This document shows positions 1 to 8,430 of a DNA stretch of 43,794 nt, piece after piece. The stretch comes from a virus (taxonomy: Duplodnaviria > Caudoviricetes). Each line of letters opens with the position of its first letter. The stretch's first letter is position 1. Location: the IMG/VR virus record IMGVR_UViG_3300033513_000019, positions 1-43,794 of that record; one strand, given 5' to 3'. The notes under the pieces were generated by a model. It ran no database searches. It was given only the letters and a program-made list of their open reading frames with translations, and was not told the DNA's origin. The position numbers were made by a program, and so were the translations under genes.

Positions 1-1
1 T

Positions 2-12
2 GGTGATGTACC
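2..12. repeat. Left terminal direct repeat GGTGATGTACC (putative cos cohesive end)
   Basis: Identical 11-mer at 43783-43793; the joined ends form a 9-bp dyad next to the terS upstream region. Confidence 0.7.
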
Positions 13-19
13 CGCCATA

Positions 20-500
20 GATAATATATGTTTCACAGTACCTTAGTCTTTATATTATATAGAGTTATTATGCACATATAGATAGAATCTATGAGAATGC
101 GTAGCCAGCGTAGCTAGAAGGCTGTTTTCTGTATCAGAGCAATTCATTGTACTGTATGTGTTTATAAGTCATAGCTACGCTGTTACAGTGGATACAGGAA
201 ATAACCCCGTCGTGCGCGCATATGCGTACGCGGTGTGCGCGCGTGCGCAGGCGCGCATGAGGCATACTTTCCTGTATCAGCGTAGCTAGCGTTACAGATT
301 TATATATATATATAATATAAATAATAATTTAATTACTACTGTTACAGTCGAGATACACTGACTACACAAAACGATAGATTGTAAGTAGATAGTAAGTAGA
401 TAAAATAGATAGAAACTACTTAACATATATGTATATAGATTCTATTCATAAATACTAGAAAATAGATAGAAACTACTAGACAAAATATAGATAGAAGCTA
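20..500. repeat. AT-rich non-coding region with interspersed repeats (candidate replication origin or cos-flanking sites)
   Basis: GCGTAGCTAG at 108 and 280; CTGTATCAG at 129 and 272; CTGTTACAGT at 180 and 339; ATAGATAGAAACTACT at 405 and 462; alternating purine-pyrimidine tract 212-259; (TA)n tract at ~300-313. Confidence 0.55.
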
Positions 501-529
501 TATACTTACTAATAGATAAGGGGGACAAG

Positions 530-823
530 ATGAGGGCAGCAACCGGAAAGCAGATGGTTTTGGACGCGATCGCGGGTTTCTGCAAAAATCATCCTGGATG
601 TGATTGCATGGCTGGCGGATGCGAAGAGCTGGCTAACGCGCTTGTAACCTATGTCGGAGCCGAGAAGCAATCCGTAACCGCGTATGATGGCGAGATCGTC
701 CATTTTGTCGCGGTCGTAGACGGCCTGGCTTACGATGGTCTTGGGGCGGCTACCTTGGACGATATCGCGGAAGAGTGGGCTTTTGATCGCTCTGCCGATT
801 GCGTCAAGATTGCTAAGGCATAG
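530..823 (+). CDS. Hypothetical early protein (97 aa)
   Basis: ORF with RBS GGGGG; possible promoter TAGACA-18-TATACT at 477-506. Confidence 0.7.
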   Translation: MRAATGKQMVLDAIAGFCKNHPGCDCMAGGCEELANALVTYVGAEKQSVTAYDGEIVHFVAVVDGLAYDGLGAATLDDIAEEWAFDRSADCVKIAKA

Positions 824-832
824 GGGGACAAG

Positions 833-985
833 ATGGACCAGCAAGAGCGCGCGGCGTTTGAGCAGATGACGAGCCTAGAGCAAGTCCTTGGCGCTGGCTT
901 TCTCCTTATGGCCGATCAAGCCGAGCGGGATAGACTGGCGAAGATCGAAGACGAAGCGGCAAGCCAGAAAGGCGGGAAGGCATGA
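833..985 (+). CDS. Hypothetical protein (50 aa, MDQQERAAFEQ...), not in ORF track
   Basis: RBS GGGGGACAAG-ATG identical to that of the preceding gene; ATGA overlap with the next ORF. Confidence 0.65.
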   Translation: MDQQERAAFEQMTSLEQVLGAGFLLMADQAERDRLAKIEDEAASQKGGKA

Positions 986-1176
986 CAGATAAGAGCGCTT
1001 TAGAGCTAGCGAGGGTGAAGAGAGACACGGCGATAGCTGACGCCCTGGCTGAGATGGAAAAAGAAAACAAAGAAGCTCGGGCGCAATGCGAGACCCGGAT
1101 AAGTGAGTCGAGGAAAAGATACATGGAAAAGTATACGGCCGCGCGGGCCGAGTTCGATAGAACATATCGCGGGTAA
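982..1176 (+). CDS. Hypothetical coiled-coil protein (64 aa)
   Basis: Translational coupling; E/K/R-rich helix. Confidence 0.6.
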   Translation: MTDKSALELARVKRDTAIADALAEMEKENKEARAQCETRISESRKRYMEKYTAARAEFDRTYRG

Positions 1177-1187
1177 AGGGGGAAATC

Positions 1188-1508
1188 ATGGACGTAAGGA
1201 TGTTGACCATCGACGAGACCATGGAGCAATTCCAGCGGGTTACGGCCGAGGCGCTTTCGATAGCGGATCGGCTGGACGGGTTTATGCCTCTTATCCGCCA
1301 GGCGCGGGAGAGCGCGGAGCACGCCATCGAGCGGCACAAAACGAGCCGCATGGTGAACGCTGAGGCGTTCCGCATCGGGCTGGAGTCGGGCTTCACGCGC
1401 ATCGAGGACTGCCTGGAGATACAGGCGCTTATTGAGGCGTGCGAGTACGAAGAGGACAAGCAAGCGGCGCGGGCGTTCTTCGGGTTCGGCGTGGTGAGTC
1501 GGGCATGA
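1188..1508 (+). CDS. Hypothetical protein (106 aa)
   Basis: RBS AAGGGGG; operon context. Confidence 0.65.
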   Translation: MDVRMLTIDETMEQFQRVTAEALSIADRLDGFMPLIRQARESAEHAIERHKTSRMVNAEAFRIGLESGFTRIEDCLEIQALIEACEYEEDKQAARAFFGFGVVSRA

Positions 1509-1525
1509 GCCAGGAGGACTGGAAG

Positions 1526-2131
1526 ATGAACGATTTATTACCGTGTCCGTTTTGTGGTGTTGAACAAGGCGACCACGATGAAGGCGTTCCTTTTATCCAA
1601 ATCGAGCAAGTCGGGCGAAGGTATCGTGGTACGTGTTCAAATTGTGGGTGTAAATCGGGGGCGCGGTACAGCGAGGAAGAAGCGATTAAAGCGTGGAATA
1701 TCCGCGCCGCGCATATCGCCCTAGGCCGCGAAGAGGCGCAGGAAGAGATCCAAGGCTTGCGCGAACAGTGCCAGAAAGAGCGCGATCATCTCAAGGCAGA
1801 AATAGCCAAGCGCACGGCGCGCGCCGAGGATGCCGAGACGATACGGGACGCGCTTGAGTTCCCATACTCGGGTATAATCCTGGAAGAGAAAAAGCGGAAA
1901 GCCCTCGCCGCCCTGTCCCGCCTATCCGCCGGGAAGGTGGAGCCGTGGGTAAGCGTCAAGGATCGATTGCCGGAAGACTCTCGGCACGTGCTTTGTTGCC
2001 ACGGAAAGTCACCAGCCTTCGTCGGATATCTTTGGGCCGGTGAATGGCACGACCTAGATATGGGCATGCGCGACCCTACCCACTGGATGCCGTTACCGCC
2101 ACCGCCCATCACCCCATCAGGGAAGGAGTAG
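1526..2131 (+). CDS. Lar-family (restriction alleviation) zinc ribbon fused to a DUF551-like domain
   Basis: LLPCPFCG...CSNCG...EEAIKAWN; C-terminal WVSVKDRLPE...PTHWMPLPPPP; RBS AGGAGG before ATG 1526. Confidence 0.75.
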   Translation: MNDLLPCPFCGVEQGDHDEGVPFIQIEQVGRRYRGTCSNCGCKSGARYSEEEAIKAWNIRAAHIALGREEAQEEIQGLREQCQKERDHLKAEIAKRTARAEDAETIRDALEFPYSGIILEEKKRKALAALSRLSAGKVEPWVSVKDRLPEDSRHVLCCHGKSPAFVGYLWAGEWHDLDMGMRDPTHWMPLPPPPITPSGKE

Positions 2132-2135
2132 AGAG

Positions 2136-2738
2136 ATGCGAAAGGAAATAAAACCGGGACGTCAATATTTTATCATCAACATGGATGAGCCATACGCGGC
2201 AGTAATATATGCCGTGCTAAAATCTGGCCAGCAAGCCAAGGGCCAATGGCCTGAAGGAGATATTGGGTTCGACGAGTGGAAGCGGCTGACGTTCAGCCAG
2301 CCCTCGCAGTCCAGCGGCCAGGACGAGGCATGCGATAATTGCGGAGCCACCGAAGAAAAATGCGAGTGGTGTAGCGCTCATTCAAATTATATTCCTAGCA
2401 TCCAGGACGAGGCGCGGGACATCGTAGGAAAGAACATGTCAGACGAAGAGTTTTTAGCAACTGTCATTAGTCGAATGGAGAACGCCATAAAAAATCATCA
2501 ACCGGAAAAGATGTATACGGATGATATCCGTGCGCTTCTTGATGACCGCGAAACCCAGCACGTCCAGGGCAGGCGGGAAGCGGCGGAGGCATTTAGGCTT
2601 GTTGGATGCCCGTTAATTTTTAACGAGCGCACGGTCAAACCGGATTCCTGCCAACATTGTAGCAAAATGCTTGGTCCAAAATATTGTACCGAAGTCGCCG
2701 CCATCCTCGGCACCGCGAGCAAGGAGCCGAAGCCATGA
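2136..2738 (+). CDS. Hypothetical mosaic phage protein with Cys clusters (200 aa)
   Basis: ORF in operon; CxxC motifs. Confidence 0.6.
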   Translation: MRKEIKPGRQYFIINMDEPYAAVIYAVLKSGQQAKGQWPEGDIGFDEWKRLTFSQPSQSSGQDEACDNCGATEEKCEWCSAHSNYIPSIQDEARDIVGKNMSDEEFLATVISRMENAIKNHQPEKMYTDDIRALLDDRETQHVQGRREAAEAFRLVGCPLIFNERTVKPDSCQHCSKMLGPKYCTEVAAILGTASKEPKP

Positions 2739-3460
2739 AAGTCCTCACCATATCCAGCCTTAAAGGCGGCGTCGGCAAGACGACCCTCGGGATCTTCCTT
2801 GCCCGCGCCCTTGCCGGCAGAGGCCACCGTGTCCTCGGCGTGGACCTGGACCACAACAATAATGCGACGGACTACTGGATGCGCTACAACGTGGCGGAAG
2901 CAATCGAGAGCTTGTCCGTCTTGCGCGTCTTGACCCGGCAGATCACCCTGGAGGCGGCCATAACGAAGACCGCCATGGGCTTCGATTTCATCCCCGCGAC
3001 GCCGACTCTGTCCCGTGTAGGCGTAGAGCTTGCCAGAGATCCCGGAGCGGCGCTCCGCCTTCGGGCCGGCCTGCGGAAACTGGACTACGACTTCGTGATC
3101 ATCGACACGCCGCCGAGCCTGAGCCTTGAGCTGACTATAGGCCTGTACGCGGCGGACCTCGTCCTTGTGCCGCTTTCGGCGAGCCGGTGGACGCTCCAGG
3201 GCTTCCAGATCATTGCCGACGAAGTGGCGAGGGTAGAGGAAGCGGGGCTCCCTGCGCCGGGGATGCTTGCCGTGCCGAGCATGGTGAGCGAGAGCGAAGA
3301 GAAAGCCCTGCGGGAGACGGAAGGCTGGACCCTGAGCCGAGCGAGCATATACCGGGACGCGGCGGTGCGCGGGGCGGTGGACGCGGGACGCGGCTTGAGG
3401 GAAGGGACGCGGGCGACCGGCTGGTTTGAGGCGTTGGCGGGGGAGGTAGTGGGATGCTGA
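2735..3460 (+). CDS. parA: ParA/Soj-family partition ATPase
   Basis: Deviant Walker A KGGVGKTT, VDLD, Walker B DFVIIDTPP; RBS AAGGAG. Confidence 0.92.
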   Translation: MKVLTISSLKGGVGKTTLGIFLARALAGRGHRVLGVDLDHNNNATDYWMRYNVAEAIESLSVLRVLTRQITLEAAITKTAMGFDFIPATPTLSRVGVELARDPGAALRLRAGLRKLDYDFVIIDTPPSLSLELTIGLYAADLVLVPLSASRWTLQGFQIIADEVARVEEAGLPAPGMLAVPSMVSESEEKALRETEGWTLSRASIYRDAAVRGAVDAGRGLREGTRATGWFEALAGEVVGC

Positions 3461-4131
3461 ACGAGGCTAAGGGAAACATGTATGACTTCGTAACCCATAC
3501 ATGGAATACCGTGAAGGGCGCGTGCCCTCATGATTGCGCCTACTGCTACATGAAGCGCTTCGGGAAACAGCGCCCGGCGCGATTCGATAAAAAGGAATTG
3601 AAAACCGATATCGGTGAAGGGAATTTTATTTTTGTAGGCTCGTCCTGCGATATGTGGGCCGAAGATATCCCCGAAAACTGGATAGATTGGACGCTGGATT
3701 GCGTGAATCAATTCGACAATCAATATCTTTTCCAGACTAAAAACCCTTCGCGTTTTTGGGATTCGCGCGAACTTCCGGCTACGTGGCCTACTCGATGCGT
3801 CCTTTGTACGACGATTGAAACCAATCGGGAATATCCGGCCATCATGGGAAAAACCCCGACGCCTCGCGAACGATCCACGGCAATGAAAAGGCTGAAAATG
3901 TACCGGCGCTATGTCACCGTCGAGCCGATCATGGCTTTCGATCTTGCACCGATGGTTGAGATTATCAAGCGTTGCGAGCCCGTCCAGGTAAATATTGGCG
4001 CCGACTCGGGAGGCAATAACTTGCCAGAGCCGAACGCCGACGACATTGTGCAACTTATGGTCGAGGTGGGAAGCTTTGCAAAAGTCGTGCTAAAGCCGAA
4101 CGTAAAGCGGCTCTTAGTGGGTACGCCATGA
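3454..4131 (+). CDS. DUF5131 (phage Gp37/Gp68) radical-SAM-like protein
   Basis: TWN..KGACPHDCAYCY (CxxxCxxC), IFVGSSCDMW, LFQTKNP, VTVEPI. Confidence 0.8.
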   Translation: MLNEAKGNMYDFVTHTWNTVKGACPHDCAYCYMKRFGKQRPARFDKKELKTDIGEGNFIFVGSSCDMWAEDIPENWIDWTLDCVNQFDNQYLFQTKNPSRFWDSRELPATWPTRCVLCTTIETNREYPAIMGKTPTPRERSTAMKRLKMYRRYVTVEPIMAFDLAPMVEIIKRCEPVQVNIGADSGGNNLPEPNADDIVQLMVEVGSFAKVVLKPNVKRLLVGTP

Positions 4132-4316
4132 CCTACGTCCGCACGCCCGAAGAGCTGGCCGAGGATATCACGCTGGAGCTGGACGCCGATCCGAAGGATA
4201 AAGCGCGTTGCTTTGTTCATCAGTTCCCACAAAAAGGCCCTTTCAAATATACATACAAGCCCCGAGAGCCGAAGCCGGGCGAATTATTCGAGGAGGAAAA
4301 TACCGATGCCAAGTAA
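4128..4316 (+). CDS. Hypothetical protein (62 aa)
   Basis: ATGA coupling to the upstream gene. Confidence 0.5.
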   Translation: MTYVRTPEELAEDITLELDADPKDKARCFVHQFPQKGPFKYTYKPREPKPGELFEEENTDAK

Positions 4317-5052
4317 TGCCGCAAAAACCATCGCCGCCGCTATCCGGGCGCCGCGCCCTGGCTTGTCTGTAGTCCCGAGCCCGGCTCCCGAGCCCGTGGC
4401 CCTCGGCCTTGAGCTGTCCGAGACGCTTTACAAGCCCCTGGAGTTTTTCCGCCTAAACCCCGCGAATGAGCGCTTCCGGGCGCTCAAGTCCGAGCAGTAC
4501 ATGGCGGATATGGAGGCCGACATCGCGGAGAACGGCATCGTCGAGGACGTGCTCGCCATGACCGACGGGCTCCTTTTGGCCGGCGAGACGCGCTTCCTTA
4601 TCGCCCAGCGCCTAGGTATCCCGAAGCTGGCCGTCAAGCTCGTCCTCTCGCCCTTGAGCCCCGAGGAGCAGGAAAAGCGCCTTATTCTGGATAACGTCCT
4701 TCGCTTCGAGATCCCGAGTGTCGCCCGTGTGGAGGCCCTGTACCATATCGGCTTCTATAAGCGCCCGAATTCGGAATGCGCCGAGGCCCTCGGCGCGAGC
4801 GTGCGGCAGATCAAGCGAGAGAAGCTCGAAGCGCGCAAGGCCGAGGAGCTGGCCGCCGAGGCAGGGCGGGAAGCGCCTGCGCCCGAGGACTTCGCCAGGG
4901 TCCGGGAGACGGAAAACGCAAAGCGGCGGGCCTCGACGCCTGCCCGGAAGGTGGATATACCGGCTCTGGAATCCGCCTTGCACGACCTGGACACGCGCGG
5001 AGGGCAGTATGCCGAGTCCGCCGATTTTATCCGTAAGGTGGTAGGATTATGA
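4306..5052 (+). CDS. parB: ParB-like partition protein
   Basis: LNPANE..DIAENGIVEDVL..LLAGETRF (GxxR box), LILDNVLR, HTH-like CAEALGASVRQIKR; RBS AGGAGG. Confidence 0.8.
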   Translation: MPSNAAKTIAAAIRAPRPGLSVVPSPAPEPVALGLELSETLYKPLEFFRLNPANERFRALKSEQYMADMEADIAENGIVEDVLAMTDGLLLAGETRFLIAQRLGIPKLAVKLVLSPLSPEEQEKRLILDNVLRFEIPSVARVEALYHIGFYKRPNSECAEALGASVRQIKREKLEARKAEELAAEAGREAPAPEDFARVRETENAKRRASTPARKVDIPALESALHDLDTRGGQYAESADFIRKVVGL

Positions 5053-5285
5053 TGGGCGAAATGATAAAGGGCGGAAAAGTTCTCGCACGCGGTCCCGGCT
5101 CTCGGGCGATCCCTCTGTCGGCAGGCGTGGCGGAACTCTTCGAGAACGGCATCGAGATCGGCGACGACTACGAATGGCACCGCGAAGGGGACCGGCTCTA
5201 TATCGAATTCCCCGGCAAGCCCATGATACCGAGCAAGGTGGGGAAGGCGAGGACGGCGCCAGACAAGGACGGGAGGACGTTTTGA
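5049..5285 (+). CDS. AbrB/MazE/SpoVT-like small DNA-binding protein
   Basis: G-SRAIPLSA...GIEIGDDYEWHREGDRLYIEF swapped-hairpin pattern. Confidence 0.55.
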   Translation: MMGEMIKGGKVLARGPGSRAIPLSAGVAELFENGIEIGDDYEWHREGDRLYIEFPGKPMIPSKVGKARTAPDKDGRTF

Positions 5286-5893
5286 AAAAATATATTATTT
5301 TCATTTTCCTTTCCCTTCTCGTCTCCTGCGATGCGGGATTTGTTATAGGGACGCGCCCATATCATAGCTCTTTGGACGAGTACCCCATTATCTCAAAATC
5401 AAAAGATGGTGAATGTCCTTCGATTTTATTTATGGGCGATAGCCGCGCCGAGCAAGGCGGGACATTTGAGTCATTACCCTTTCGGGTTGATAATATTGGC
5501 GTATGCGGTTCAACCACGCGGGGAATACGTTACCAGTTGGACCGCATAGACCAATTCAAGCCAAATTATATTTTTATATTTTGCGGGGTGAACGACGCTC
5601 GCTTTTTGACAATAGAAGAATCCAGGCGGAATCTGGCCGCGATCTCGGATTATATAAACGATAAGAATATTAAGCTAATAATTTTAGACCAAACGGTATG
5701 TCCAGACTCGTCGGATGAATATAAAGAGTCATTAGAGCCATACGGGGAAATAATAAAAAAGGTTCCGAGGTCAAAATATTTATTCGTGAAATATTCTGCT
5801 AACGCATGGGCGAGCGATAAGCTTTGTCATTTATCATCGGCGGGATATGCCGAAGTTTCAATGGCCATTAAATCGTATTTATCGAAACCGTGA
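5282..5893 (+). CDS. SGNH/GDSL hydrolase lipoprotein (AT-rich)
   Basis: TTG start, KKYIIFIFLSLLVS-C lipobox; blocks FMGDS, NIGVCG, GVND, DKLCHLS. Confidence 0.8.
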   Translation: MKKYIIFIFLSLLVSCDAGFVIGTRPYHSSLDEYPIISKSKDGECPSILFMGDSRAEQGGTFESLPFRVDNIGVCGSTTRGIRYQLDRIDQFKPNYIFIFCGVNDARFLTIEESRRNLAAISDYINDKNIKLIILDQTVCPDSSDEYKESLEPYGEIIKKVPRSKYLFVKYSANAWASDKLCHLSSAGYAEVSMAIKSYLSKP

Positions 5894-5905
5894 AACTTTG
5901 AACGT

Positions 5906-5934
5906 TTGACAGCCTCCGGCCGGTGCCTTACAAT
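5906..5934 (+). promoter_or_regulatory. Sigma70-type promoter
   Basis: TTGACA-17 bp-TACAAT; overlapped by inverted repeat 5917-5949. Confidence 0.7.
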
Positions 5935-6015
5935 GAGGCAAACCGGCCGAAGGGATTGCCCGTTGATCTCTCAGAATTGTATTAGCGCCCGGCCCACTTT
6001 TTTCACTTTTTTTTC

Positions 6016-6050
6016 TTGACAAGCCTGTTACGACCGGTTACTATGTAACC
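6016..6050 (+). promoter_or_regulatory. Sigma70-type promoter with operator palindrome
   Basis: TTGACA-17 bp-TACTAT; GGTTAC-tat-GTAACC over the -10; U-rich upstream element. Confidence 0.7.
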
Positions 6051-6065
6051 ATATCAGGGGGAGCA

Positions 6066-6224
6066 ATGAAGGGAATTACGATCAACCTGCCCGACGATCT
6101 GCGCGCGCAGCTGAAAGAACGGGCGCGAAAAAACAAGCGGAGCCTAGGGGCCGAGATACGCTTCCTTTCCGAGCTGGCCCTCGCGTCCTTGCTCGAAGCG
6201 GAGATGAAAGGAGCACACATATGA
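6066..6224 (+). CDS. Arc/Mnt-like ribbon-helix-helix regulator (52 aa), not in ORF track
   Basis: MKGITINLPDDLRAQLKERARKNKRSLGAEIRFL; RBS GGGGAG. Confidence 0.8.
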   Translation: MKGITINLPDDLRAQLKERARKNKRSLGAEIRFLSELALASLLEAEMKGAHI

Positions 6225-6481
6225 TCCGCCAGGTCGTGGACTTCGACGAGGCCGACTTTTACAAGATCGCCACGCTCCAGGGCGGGGTGAGCTTTTCGGA
6301 GGCCGTCGTCCAGCTTGCCCTGCTCGGCGTGGCGACGCGGGAGAGAGATCAGGAAGAGCGGCGGAGAATGGAAGCGGGCGAGACGCAGGTGGACTTCGAC
6401 GCGTTGAGGGCGGCAGGAATAAAAAGCGCAGAGTACGAAGGCGACGACTTCGCCGAGGCTCTTCACATGGGGCTTATATGA
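6221..6481 (+). CDS. Hypothetical protein (86 aa)
   Basis: ATGA coupling, RBS AAGGAG. Confidence 0.65.
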   Translation: MIRQVVDFDEADFYKIATLQGGVSFSEAVVQLALLGVATRERDQEERRRMEAGETQVDFDALRAAGIKSAEYEGDDFAEALHMGLI

Positions 6482-6711
6482 CCTCTGCCATCGAGAAGCG
6501 CCCCTCTGCCGCCTTAGTCCGCGAAGTCCGGCTCCTCAAAAAATCCGGCGAAATCACCCGCGAGCAAATGGAAGCCCTCCTCGGCATCCCTCGCCCGGCG
6601 CCGAAGTTCTCACCCGAGGAAATCATGAAGGGCCTCTCTGACGAGGACAAGGCCAGCGTCTCGGCCACGCTCCAGGACTGGCTCGCGACGCATCCCGCGA
6701 GGCCAGCATGA
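6478..6711 (+). CDS. Hypothetical protein (77 aa)
   Basis: ATGA coupling. Confidence 0.6.
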   Translation: MTSAIEKRPSAALVREVRLLKKSGEITREQMEALLGIPRPAPKFSPEEIMKGLSDEDKASVSATLQDWLATHPARPA

Positions 6712-6992
6712 GCCTCGAATCCCGCTACACCATGTCAAAGCGCCCGAGCAAGAAAAACGCCGCGCTCGCTGTCGCCGCCTTCTCGGCCATCATCGCCCTT
6801 TTCCTGATTTTCTCTCGCCCCTCGTTCCGCATCATATCGCGCCGAGAAATTCTGGACTTCGAGGGGAACATGGCCTACGTGATCGACTGGACCGTAGGCG
6901 GCCGGGAAACACTAAACGCAGTCTTCTACACGTCCGAAGAGCGCAAGCGCTTCGAGAAGTATCTCCACCGGGTCGGGTGGGTCGAGGAGTAA
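6708..6992 (+). CDS. Hypothetical membrane-anchored protein (94 aa)
   Basis: N-terminal hydrophobic helix; coupling. Confidence 0.6.
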   Translation: MSLESRYTMSKRPSKKNAALAVAAFSAIIALFLIFSRPSFRIISRREILDFEGNMAYVIDWTVGGRETLNAVFYTSEERKRFEKYLHRVGWVEE

Positions 6993-6996
6993 AACT

Positions 6997-7422
6997 ATGA
7001 TGTGGGCTTTGTTCGGTTTTATCTGCGCCATGGTCGGCGCGGTGCTGGGGGTCCTTATGCTCGCGCTTTGCGTCGCGGCTCGGGATAATCCGAGGATGCA
7101 AGGGGAGCCGGGCGATGAGATCGAAGAGCCGGAAGTAAAAAAAGTCCTTGCCGACTTTACGGCTTTCGACATTCAAGACGACGGGGTGACGCGCTTCACC
7201 TTTGACATCCGGCTTGCCGATTTTCAACGTGCCTTTGGTCGTATCCCCGTCGGGACTAAGGTCGTCTTGAGCTTAATCCCCGAAGCTGGCGAGGCTCAAT
7301 TCCTGGAAAGCCGCGAGGAGTTCATCTCTCGCGGGATGGACCCGGTCGAGCCGGAAGTTCGCAAGTTTGTCGGGACGCGCAAAGAACCGAAGACGCCAGC
7401 TCCGACATCTAGGAAGGCCTAG
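6997..7422 (+). CDS. Hypothetical protein with N-terminal TM helix (141 aa)
   Basis: GAVLGVLMLALCVAA hydrophobic segment; RBS GAGGAG. Confidence 0.6.
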   Translation: MMWALFGFICAMVGAVLGVLMLALCVAARDNPRMQGEPGDEIEEPEVKKVLADFTAFDIQDDGVTRFTFDIRLADFQRAFGRIPVGTKVVLSLIPEAGEAQFLESREEFISRGMDPVEPEVRKFVGTRKEPKTPAPTSRKA

Positions 7423-7423
7423 C

Positions 7424-7642
7424 ATGCCGCCGAATGAAACCAACCCCGGCCCGCTCTTCGTGAAGATGCCCGGCTCGCTCCATGCCTGCGTCCTGAAATC
7501 CGAGTTCGTTACCTACTGCGGCCGCGAGCTAGACCATCGAGGGGCGGGCGTCGCGGAAAACAAGGTCGAGGTGTGCGCGATCTGTAGCATCGCGGCGGCG
7601 GCCGAGGGCGTGAAGTTGCCGAAGGTCACAGGGTACAGGTAA
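7424..7642 (+). CDS. Small Cys/His zinc-binding protein
   Basis: H..TYCG..CAIC motif. Confidence 0.55.
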   Translation: MPPNETNPGPLFVKMPGSLHACVLKSEFVTYCGRELDHRGAGVAENKVEVCAICSIAAAAEGVKLPKVTGYR

Positions 7643-7652
7643 GGAGGAAGAC

Positions 7653-7880
7653 ATGAGGATTATTACGATTCGGATTAGGGGCGGCAAGGCACAAGGGAAG
7701 ACTTTCTCGGCTGAGAAGATCATGGAGGTATTAAAAAACGACTTTTTTGTTATCCACCTTCGAGGTCCTAACGGCTTAAAGCCAAGCAAAGAAGACCGCC
7801 GCGAAAGCATACAGATGGCGCTAGCCGAAGGTCATGAAAATATAGCGCTTATTTACGAAAGCCAGCGGGCGGCAATCTAG
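7653..7880 (+). CDS. Hypothetical protein (75 aa)
   Basis: RBS AGGAGG. Confidence 0.65.
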   Translation: MRIITIRIRGGKAQGKTFSAEKIMEVLKNDFFVIHLRGPNGLKPSKEDRRESIQMALAEGHENIALIYESQRAAI

Positions 7881-7882
7881 AG

Positions 7883-8326
7883 ATGGCCATAGCTCGCCTT
7901 GAGTTCGACGGAGTGGAGTATTCCGGCTATCGCGAGATCGCCGAGAAAAACAAGGACGTGAACCGGCATTCGCTGGAAATTAACGCGGGCAAGGCGCACG
8001 CGAAGCAGGGCGGAAGCGAGATCAATTTTCGCTACAAGGGCCACGCGGTGCGGATCGTGTATCGGGGGAGAAGCTCGGCTGTCTGGCCGATAGGCGTGGA
8101 CAATTGCACGGCCCCGCTGAAAAAAGCAATTGAGACGGCGAAAAAAATCAAGGCGCCATTCGAGGGGCGCGCCGAGTTAGCCCCGACGGATAGCGAGCTG
8201 GCCGTCCTCCGCTCCCGCGTATGCGAACTAGAAAAAGCTCAGATCCGCACGGCGGCGAGGCTCAAGGCGGTAGAGAACGCGAATTTCGCGCTCAGGAAAA
8301 TAGTCGCGGAGATACAAGGGGAATAA
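7883..8326 (+). CDS. Hypothetical protein with C-terminal coiled coil (147 aa)
   Basis: Operon context. Confidence 0.65.
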   Translation: MAIARLEFDGVEYSGYREIAEKNKDVNRHSLEINAGKAHAKQGGSEINFRYKGHAVRIVYRGRSSAVWPIGVDNCTAPLKKAIETAKKIKAPFEGRAELAPTDSELAVLRSRVCELEKAQIRTAARLKAVENANFALRKIVAEIQGE

Positions 8327-8430
8327 GGCCGGCGCAGGCTGTGCCTAAGACGCGGAGAGGCTACGACCGCGCAACGCCGCAAGGCGCGATAAGAAGCCAA
8401 GGCGAGCCCGACCGGCGGTTCGGGCGTCAA

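Noticed and set aside
1-19. Terminal dyad as a protelomerase (N15-type) site or integrase att core
   Set aside because: No protelomerase or integrase gene recognised; the centre is asymmetric; position beside terS with a GpA-type TerL fits cos better
20-500. CRISPR array
   Set aside because: Repeats are 9-16 bp, of several kinds and irregularly spaced; no cas genes
5049-5893. AbrB/MazE-type toxin-antitoxin pair
   Set aside because: The downstream gene is a secreted SGNH lipoprotein, not a PIN or MazF toxin
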